A DNA stretch of 64,000 nt from Negaprion brevirostris (Eukaryota). This document shows positions 51,101-59,500 of the stretch, one piece after another. The DNA lies in NCBI GenBank assembly GCA_030324005.1, contig JARDVH010000084.1, positions 34,120,917 to 34,184,916 on the forward strand. Direction: 5' to 3'. How positions within the stretch are numbered: the first letter of the stretch is position 1; each line of letters opens with the position of its first letter. Under the pieces are notes generated by a model. The model was not told the DNA's origin and did no database searches. It saw only the letters and a program-made list of their open reading frames with translations. The position numbers were made by a program, and so were the translations under genes.

Positions 51101-52873
51101 GCCAATGACATCCAGCTTTACCTCACAACCACCTCTCTCAACTCTTATGCCATTTTTAAGTTGTCAGACAGCTCCAATACCAGATCAGCAGAAATTTTTA
51201 CAGCTAAACTTTGGTGACATCTAAGCCACGGTCTTCAAAGCTCACCAGAAATTCCATTTCCTAACTAGCCACCACATTTTTCTCCAATAGACAGTTCACA
51301 ACCTTGGTGTTACATTTGACCCAGAGAGATTCTGACCACATATTTGTCTCATCAGTAAGACCACCAATTTCCACATGCATAACATTGCCACACTATTTCA
51401 ACACAATTCTGTTCAGCCTCACACTTTTTACTCCCTGCATACCTGAGATCGTCCATATCGTAACTCGTACTGAGTGCTACTCACCCATTATCCACATTCT
51501 TGTTGACTTACACTGGCTCCCCAATCGAGTAATACCAACTTATTTTCAGATCCCTCAAAGGCTTCATCCTCCCTACCTTTGTAATCTCATTCAGCCTTAC
51601 AACCTTTGCAGATATCAGTACTTCTCCAATTGCGGTCTTGTATTTCATTCACTCCAGCACTGGAGGCTGTGTCTTTAGCTGCCAAGGCTATAAGGTCTGG
51701 AATTCACTCTGTAAACTTCACCTCTGCACCTTGCTTTCCTTTTTCAAGATGCCTCTTAAAACTTATTTCTTTGCCAAAGCGTGTGGTCATCTGCCCTAAT
51801 CTCTCATGTGGCTCAATGTTAAATTTTGATAATGATTCTGTATATTACCTTGCTAATTACATCATTCCTCATTTTTCTTCACAAAATGTATTAACTCACA
51901 CAACCTAATTAAATTACCCTGTCCAAATATTTGCCCATTCTGCTAACCCCTATCTATGCCTCCTTTTCTACTATTGTCAAACACCCATGTTGTCAACATT
52001 ATTTTGAGGCTATGTTGATGTGAAAAGAATGAAATCTCACTCTTATTATAAAATCTCTCAAAGTTTATTTATTAGTCACAGTAGGCTTACATTAACACTG
52101 AAATGAAGTTACTGTGAAAATGCCCTAGTCACTGCACTCCGGCATCTGTTCAGGTACAATGAGCACGACCAGTGCACCTAACCAGTACATCTTTCGGATT
52201 GTGATAGAAAACTGGAGCAAACCCACGCAGACACAGGGAGAACATGCAGACTATGCACAGACGTGNNNNNNNNNNGACGTGACCCAAGTTGGGAATTGAA
52301 CCTGGGTCTCTGGTGTTGTGCGACAGCAGAGCTAACTACTGCACTACTGTGCCAATCAGGGGAGGCATTCAATTAACATTTTGCATCTTTCAGACTGTGG
52401 GAGGAAATCACAACACCCGGAGGAAACCCGCGCAGACACGGGGAGAATGTGCAGCATCCACATAGACAAACTATATCTGTCTTCACATTCAAGTTCGGAA
52501 ACCAGTTTAATTCTTTTGTTTTGAAATCCAAAACTAGCTGAAAAGCCACGAACAGCATTGCGACCTCTACTCACGAACCAGAACAGGCCAAGATTTCTGA
52601 TGGGAATATGAAAAGCCATCGCTGTAACCGAGTGGCTGTTCTAGTCCAAACAGACCACAGAGAAGCGGTTACTGTCCTGGCAAGAGGCCCAGGCCTCAAT
52701 CATACTCTAAAGCTGTGTTTAATTCTCCAGCCCCATTCTCTACCTGTCAGCCCGAAACATTCTTCCTTCCAGTACTTGGACTCGTAGATACGGGTGCGAA
52801 TGATTTTCTCGATCAAATACTGCGGGTTGGTCCCATGAATACTATGAGCATCTTTCACCGTTCGGTTCGCCAT
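42115..52873 (-). CDS. PRPF38A: Pre-mRNA-splicing factor 38A, complete, 10 exons, 312 aa
   Basis: Starts MANRTVKDAHSIHGTNPQYLIEKIIRTRIYESKYWKEECFGLT, continues through the PRP38 domain and an acidic stretch, and ends in an RS tail SKKSHKKSRRGNE*. Exon sizes 130+160+122+86+111+113+27+98+49+43 = 939 nt. Confidence 0.97.
42244..42292 (-). CDS. PRPF38A: PRPF38A exon 9 (GHHRSHRHRSHSKTPER)
   Basis: tttag|...ag|gtatta. Confidence 0.94.
43221..43318 (-). CDS. PRPF38A: PRPF38A exon 8 (PSPRRERHRSKSPRRHRSRSRDRRHRSRSKSP)
   Basis: tgaag|...g|gtataa. Confidence 0.94.
43407..43433 (-). CDS. PRPF38A: PRPF38A exon 7, 27-nt micro-exon (RSRSPKRR)
   Basis: ttacag|...ag|gtaaga. Confidence 0.92.
43868..44350 (-). 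mobile_element. CR1 LINE 3' end
   Basis: ATAGAGTCGTAGAAGTTTACAGCATGGAAACAGGCCCTTTGGCCC tail and RT-end sequence. Confidence 0.85.
44470..44582 (-). CDS. PRPF38A: PRPF38A exon 6 (GDRVPSPEPPRRGYRDLDRPRRSPSPRYRRSRSKTPR)
   Basis: tctag|...cg|gtgaga. Confidence 0.95.
45377..45487 (-). CDS. PRPF38A: PRPF38A exon 5 (KRYVLEEAEMLDTRVSALEEDMDDVDTSEDEDDDDDK)
   Basis: tccag|...aag|gtttat. Confidence 0.95.
47270..47920 (-). mobile_element. CR1/L2-group LINE RT fragment
   Basis: EVRVTALDIKAAFDRVWHQ RT motif; related pieces at 46010-46700 (+), 54340-54680 (+) and 12830-13080 (-). Confidence 0.8.
48327..48412 (-). CDS. PRPF38A: PRPF38A exon 4 (EFELIHVDEFMDELLHEERVCDIILPRLQ)
   Basis: tccag|...cag|gtacaa. 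Confidence 0.96.
49004..49125 (-). CDS. PRPF38A: PRPF38A exon 3 (YVRLLGALYMRLTGSAIDCYKYLEPLYNDYRKVKRQKRDG)
   Basis: cccag|...g|gtaaag. Confidence 0.96.
49685..49844 (-). CDS. PRPF38A: PRPF38A exon 2 (AELVVDKAMELKYIGGVYGGNIKPSPFLCLTLKMLQIQPEKDIIVEFIKNEDFK)
   Basis: cttag|...aa|gtacgt. Confidence 0.96.
50200..51840 (+). mobile_element. Degraded L2-like LINE interrupted by SINE and Penelope-like pieces
   Basis: CTTGTCAAAGTCACAAAT, ATGACATCCAGCTTTACCTC (YADD-like), GACTTACACTGGCTCCC; similar relics at 20600-21570 (-), 30350-31150 (+) and 38540-39370 (-). Confidence 0.65.
50425..50676 (+). mobile_element. V-SINE with alternative tail
   Basis: HE1-like head; tail TTTTCAGAGTAACTTCATTGCACTGTTAATGTAATCCAACTTGTGACAATAAATAAA. 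Confidence 0.8.
52061..52465 (-). mobile_element. V-SINE with alternative tail plus an adjacent V-domain fragment
   Basis: Reverse complement of the same head, body and tail (52061-52352); second fragment about 52365-52465. Confidence 0.8.
52744..52873 (-). CDS. PRPF38A: PRPF38A coding exon 1
   Basis: ATG at 52873; donor g|gtagag. Confidence 0.96.
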
Positions 52874-52891
52874 TGCAATCCCGGCAGGCAA

Positions 52892-52945
52892 GGCGGCACC
52901 TTAGTCAGAGCACGATGGGGCGGCACCTTAGTCAGAGCACGATGG
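52892..52945 (+). repeat. Perfect 27-nt tandem duplication just upstream of the PRPF38A ATG
   Basis: GGCGGCACCTTAGTCAGAGCACGATGG x2. Confidence 0.95.
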
Positions 52946-53183
52946 AACGCCCCCCACGGCCGNNNNNNNNNNNNNNNNNNNNNNNNNNNNNNNNNNNNNN
53001 NNNNNNNNNNNNNNNNNNNNNNNNNNNNNNNNNNNNNNNNNNNNNNNNNNNNNNNNNNNNNNNNNNNNNNNNNNNNNNNNNNNNNNNNNNNNNNNNNNNN
53101 NNNNNNNNNNNNNNNNNNNNNNNNNNNNNNNNNNNNNNNNNNNNNNNNNNNNNNNNNNNNNNNNNNNNNNNNNNNNNNNNNNN

Positions 53184-53289
53184 GGGAATCGGGCGGAGCG
53201 GAGAGGATAGCGGGGAATCGGGCGGAGCGGAGAGGATAGCGGGGAATCGGGCGGAGCGGAGAGGATAGCGGGGAATCGGGCGGAGCGGA
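53184..53289 (+). repeat. 29-nt minisatellite GGGGAATCGGGCGGAGCGGAGAGGATAGC, about 3.6 visible copies
   Basis: Perfect tandem units directly abutting the gap. Confidence 0.95.
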
Positions 53290-53412
53290 TTTTAATTCTT
53301 GTTTCACTTTAAATTTTATCCGGGTGTGAATTATCCTGCTTCTCCTCAGCGAGTGGATTTTATTTCATTTTTTAATGTTTTATTCTCTGGAGTTTGCCGA
53401 ATCTCTGCTGAA

Positions 53413-53516
53413 ATGAGCAGCTATCTGACCAGGTTGAAGGAGCGGCAGAGACACATTTACAGCTGGGCTGGCAGTGCTGTCGATGTGAACCGCAGACTGC
53501 GGCGGACCGACTATGA
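53413..53516 (+). CDS. ORC1: ORC1 first coding exon
   Basis: ATG at 53413 ... ga|gtgagt, 104 nt. Confidence 0.88.
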
Positions 53517-56500
53517 GTGAGTGACCACTGAACCTCATCCAGATTAATGTGTGATATCTGTATCAGAGAGACTGGGATCTGGAAATGTGATCGCCTCAAG
53601 TTACCCTAATCCAGCCCTAAACTGTATTTAGTTATTCATGTCCACCTTTCACTCCCTTGTCTGAGGTCAAGCATCAACCAACTCAAGAACAGATTCTTAC
53701 CTGCTGCTGTCAGAGTTTTGAGTGGACATACCTTGCATTAAATTGATCTTTCTCCGCACTCTAGCTATGACTAACACTACATTCTGCACACTCTCGTTTC
53801 CTTCTCTCTCAACGGTATGTTTTGTCTGTATAGTGTAGAAGAAGTGAAAAAGCATCATTATACTGATATGTGACAATAAATCAAATTGTTAATCAAGAAT
53901 CTATGGAGCTCTACCATAAAAATATTCAAAGATGCCCCTTACCTAGTTTCAGAGACTTGCGACCCGCGAGAGAAAATATTTCTCCTTGTTTCTGTCTCAA
54001 ATTAGCGATCCCCTGTTTATAAACTAGTTCTTGATTCTCCCACAAGAGGAAACATCCTCTCCATATTCACCCTGTCCATATCCCTCAATCTTAAAGGTCT
54101 TGATCAAGTTGCCNNNNNNNNNNATAACCTGCCCATTCCTGGTGTTAGTTTAGAAGGTTTACCTCCCATCTTTCCTTCAGTAAGGAAGCCAGTATTATAC
54201 ACAAACTCGAGGTGTGGTTTCATGAATGCTCCATACAACTGAAACATAACCTTCCTACTTCAATAAATGATAACATTCTATTATCATTCCCAATTACTTG
54301 TTGGGCTAAATAGCCTACTTCTACTGGCTCTACCTGTAAGCTATCAATGTCCTGGGACTATCATTGATCAGAAACTGAACTGGCCTGGCCATATAAACAT
54401 TATGGCTATAAAAGCAGGTCAGAGGCAAGGAATCCTGTATTGAGTAACTTACCTCCTGACTTAACAAAGTCTGTCCACCACCTACAGGACACAAGTCAGG
54501 AGTGTAATAGAATACTCGCCTCTCGGCAGGATGAACAACACTGAAGAAGATTAACAATATGACAAAGCAGTCCCTATGATTGTCATCCCCATCCATAAAC
54601 ATTCACTTTCTCCGCCACCACTGTACAGTGGCAGCAATATGTACCATTTCGAAGATGCACTGCAACAGGTCACCCAGCCCCTTCCAAACCTTTGACTTCA
54701 GCAGTGCTTCTGTGCTCAGGTTGGAGTTCACAGTACTCAGCCTTTCAATTCCATTCCTGTAGAAACGAACTGAAGTGTTTTATGTTTATATAACTTTGTT
54801 AACCTGTGTTGCTACTTTGTCTATCTATAACTCTCTGATCCCTCTGTCCTCTACACCATTTAGATACTTATTTTCCAAGATGTATTCAATCTCCTTGCTC
54901 TTCTCACCAATATATGCTCCCTCACACTTTTATATTGACACTAATTTGCAAGTAATATATTCATTTTGCACATTTATTGGCAACTTGGCACTGTTGTCTG
55001 TCACTGCCAGGGACCCTGGTTCGATTCTGGCCTTGGGTAATTGTTTGTGTGGAGTTTGCATGTTTTCCCCAGGTCTGCGTGGGTTTCCCCTGGGTACCTT
55101 GGCTCCCTCCCATGGTCCAAAGCTGTGTAGGTTAGGTAGATTAGCCTTGGTAAGTGCGCGGGGATGAGGCAGACGGTGATGCTGGGGAGATGCTCATTTG
55201 TAGAGTTGGTGCAGACTCAATAGGCTGAATGGCTTCTTCCTGCACTGTAGGGATTCTATGGATCTTCCTGTATTAACCTTCCTTTATCTTCAGACGTAAA
55301 TTGGTGTTACTGGTTTGGGTATAAATCTGACGGTATCTTGATGGTTGGGGAAAGATGGGCCTATTTTCTTGCCGTCCACGCATTCTCTGTGTGGATTATT
55401 TCACTCTTTTCCCTGATCTGGAATGTCCTCTCGATGCTACCTGAGCTAATTTTATGTTTGATTGTTTGTGCCTCTGTGTTCAGAATATGTGTTTAGAATA
55501 TGCAATAAATGCTCTTTTTTCTGTTTGAGACGCTCTCTCTTGTTGCCCTCATGAAGTGTTTATTTTTCAGGTGAGTTAGGACAGTAGACTGTTATCAAGT
55601 TAGCGACTATTTGAATTAGGAGCAATGCTACTGGGCCAAAACCTGTGTTTAGTCATATTAGTAAGTGCAATATGCACACTGCATTTAACATCAGCACTCC
55701 ACAATTGGGAGGGAGAGAAAGAAAAGAGGCAAATTCCCAGTCTGATATAAATCCAGCAATTCCAAATTGAAAAGTGCTTGGTTATAACACACTGGGCTGA
55801 ATTGACTACAGAGGTGTAGAGGTATCCTGTCATATTATCTTCAGTAGTTTGGTGGATAAATCTGTTTGTCCAAGTGTAGGACCAAGCATGAAATCAGGTA
55901 GTTCTTGTTCTTTTCAGCCTGGATCTAGTATGTCTGTTGTGAGGCCCATGAATTGGATTCAATTTGATTTTTTTTTTGGAGCAGGCAAGTAGATGGATTG
56001 AGGGCTTGCCCTGTCCACTCTGCGCATTGGCTTTGTAACTCTGTGAGAGAGAGCAATCATTTTTTAAAATACTTTAGGAAGGAAAAGTTAGTTTATTTAT
56101 TAATTACAAGTAAGGCTTACATTACATTGCAATGAAATTCAGGAAATAGGTGATACAATTTACAAACAAAATAAATACCCTCAGCAGTGTCATCCTGTGA
56201 AAGATCCAGTTTTTCTGTGATTGGCTTCAGGGGAAACCAGAAGAGGTATGTGAAGTTTAAGTTTATTTTATTAGTGTCATAAGTAGGCTTACATTCATAC
56301 TGCAGTGAAGTTACTGTGAAAATCTCTTAGTTGCCACACTCTACCGCCTGTTCAGGTACACTGACCAATGCACCTAACCAGCATGTCATTCAGAGTATGG
56401 GAGGAAACTGGAGTACCAGAAATGTGTCCAAAGATATGCAGGTTAGGTAGATTGGCTGTGCTAAATCGCCCCTTAGTGTCTGGAGGATTTGGAGGGTAAA

Positions 56501-59500
56501 TACGTAGGGTTACGAGGATGGGGTCTCAATGGGATTGATGATGGTGTAGGCTTGATGGGCCGAGTGGCCTTGTTCTGTACTGTAGGGATTCTGTGGTTCG
56601 TACCCAGAGAAAACCCAGATTCCTCACAGTCAGTGACTCAAGCTGGGAATTGAACCTGGGTTCCTGGCACTATAAGGCAGCAGTGCTAACTACTTGCCAA
56701 AATTAACACTCCATTTTAGTGTCCAAAGTTATTATGTGGGCTTATATTAAAATTTACTTCCCATCCAGAAGTAGTCAGCTATATATACCCTTTAGTAGTA
56801 AGCTGATGTCGAGGGTTGTGGTCCTGGAATATTAGCATTTTGAACTTAATCTGTTTTACAGATTTTTAGGTAGATTGAACAATAAACAATTTACTCCTGA
56901 ACTAATTCTCCCAAAGTTCAAGCACAAAAGTTGAACCTTTATAACTGTCCTTTCAGAGAGTTGGTGCAGACTTAATGGATCGAATGGCCTCCTTCTGCAC
57001 TGTAGGGGTTCTATCATTGCATGAGTAGAGATCACAGTCAGATCAGCCATGATCTTATTGCAAGAGCAGACATGAAGGGCCAAATGGCCTAATCCTGCTC
57101 GTTATGTTCCTATTTTTATGTATGCCGCAATTGCATTTCTTGCACAATTTCTGCATGTTGGTTGTTGAGAAGGAACATAAGGTGTTTTGCAGATACAAAT
57201 TTGTAAAGTCACTGTATATTTTTGCTTCTTTAGAGGTATTCAGATAGAATATGAAGGCACTTCTATCAAACATCACATCAACATTGGAGATTTTGTTTTA
57301 GTCAAAAGTGAAGATGAGGATCAACCGTATGTAGCTAGACTGCTGAAGTTGTTCGAGGCTGGTAAGAGCAAGTTTCATATGTGAGCTCATGAATGTTTAT
57401 GGACCAAAAACAGCCTCTCATTTATATGAACTAATAATGATTTACGCAAACTATTAGTTGAGCCAAAATTAGGTTAATAGTTTGCCCACAAAAATATGGT
57501 GTATTTGGGCAGTCTAAACCCAGATTGCAGCATTCGCCAAGAACTTTACTGTGGACAACTTAAAATTATGCAGCAGTACCAGGAATGTATGTAATACTTA
57601 TTTCAAATATCCATTGGCTCTGCCAGGAAACAACAAATAGCTTTACAAAATAGGAATTCAGCTTTATGGCAGTGCTGTGTTGAAGACCATTTAAGTTGAA
57701 ATTTCTGCACACTCTGGTCCCTCCATTATTTTTTATGTACAGTTTGAAACATTTCAAACTTCATATTTCTCTTAATTGACATGGGTTTATTTTCCTCACC
57801 AGGTAGCCAACAACGTCCCACCAAGACTGCAGTGGTCCAGTGGTTTGCTCGTATTGAGGAAATACCCAAAACAAAGCAGAAGCTATTGGGAAGGGAAACA
57901 CATCCTAAGGAGATTTTCTTATATGATGTCCCTGGCTGTGATGATCATATCAGTGCAGAGACCCTCATTAAGACTGTGAAGGTAGTACCTGAGTGCATAA
58001 ACTAAACAAGGCTGGCATTTCAGTGCCGTGCTGCATTGTAAGAGGCGCTGGGCTTTTGGATGAGGTGTTTTCTTTCATGGTCTGACCTGCAAAACTTTAG
58101 CCACAGCATTGAATCAAGACAGTTTATCCCATTGCTACTTACCCTGCTGTATGCAATCTTGCAACCTCTATTACTTCTGCCTGATTTTTGTGCTAAACAT
58201 TAACTACGTACTTTACAATCGAATTAGATCTAAGTTTTGTAAATTAGTGGAAGTGAATGGGTAGCCTTTAGTAATTGAAGCTGGAATTAATACTTCAAAC
58301 AATTTTGTTTTGCAAGTTTCTTCATGGACTGTCAGTATGGTACATGACATGGAGCAGTTTAACACAACAAGTGGTATTCAAATAAAGACAGCCCAAAGGT
58401 TACCCTGATCATGGTAGCCATTATTTCTGCTGCTACATAAAGGGAATTTGTTTGATTAACTGCTTCTACTGTGACTTGTGTTTTGCTGTAGCTTGGTTAA
58501 TGTTTTCTAGTTATGTGAGTGCTGTTAATGTCTGCTTACTGCAAAATTGAAACTGTGAAGTACAGAATTAGCACATATTTTGCCTAGCAATTACTTTATA
58601 TAGTAGGTAGAGTGGTACAATCTTTAGATTAGTTGCAGTGTGAGGAGATAGGCTGAGCTTTGGCACCTGCTGTGCTTTCTGTTGGGCTTTATAAAGACAT
58701 GGTTTACATCAAATTAATTTATTTTCTCTTGGGAGGCATTTATTAGGCATTCCTAGATGTCCTAAGGCATTAAAATCACCTTATGTTGCTGGACTGAGAA
58801 AATTGGGATTGCAGGTCCCTTCCTTTAGGAGACCAGTGAACTAGTTGGACTTTATGACAATCCAGCAACTTCCATTATCGTTGTCTGGTGCAATCCCACA
58901 GATTGCAAGGGCTTGTCATTTAATTTCACGTGGACCACCACTTAAATGATTCTTTCCCCTACAAATGTTTTATTGTAAAAGTTATGTTATAATCTGTGCA
59001 ATGATTTGGAAATTAGATTTACTCTGTCGTGGTATGACATGTTTTGTTTTTGAATGATTTGACGCAGTCCTATATAAATGGGAAATTAACTTATTTTGTT
59101 CACCTATATGGTTGATGAAGTGGAAATTAGCCCGTTCTTGGTCTAATCTATTTGGAGCCCCCATTCAATGTTGAATTTGAGATATTAAATTAGTAACTCG
59201 CATTGACTTGTGATATTATCATTGGCTTTCTTTTGGAAGCTGAGTTTATATTTTCAAAGTGTCCTGGAAAGGGTGAATATGAGGCAATAGGCTAATGCTT
59301 TCCCAAGCATCTCTGCATTGTGAAGTGCCTTATGTGGAAAATGTGGGTACCCACATCCTGATGGAGATATGCTCATATTACATTAGTATCTGCCATATTG
59401 CATAAAATATGTGCACTGGCTGTAGGAATATGAATATGAAGCATTTCAAATGTAAAATAATTTATTCAAATCAGGGTCCTGCAAAAACCAGCATCAGCCA

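Larger units (their letters stand above)
52874..53412. promoter_or_regulatory. Bidirectional GC/CpG-rich promoter region of PRPF38A and ORC1
   Basis: Divergent ATGs 540 nt apart (including a ~220-nt N gap); CpG-dense, with repeated GGGCGG boxes. Confidence 0.8.

Noticed and set aside
53184-53289. 29-nt repeats as a CRISPR-like array
   Set aside because: There are no spacers; it is a plain tandem minisatellite in vertebrate DNA.
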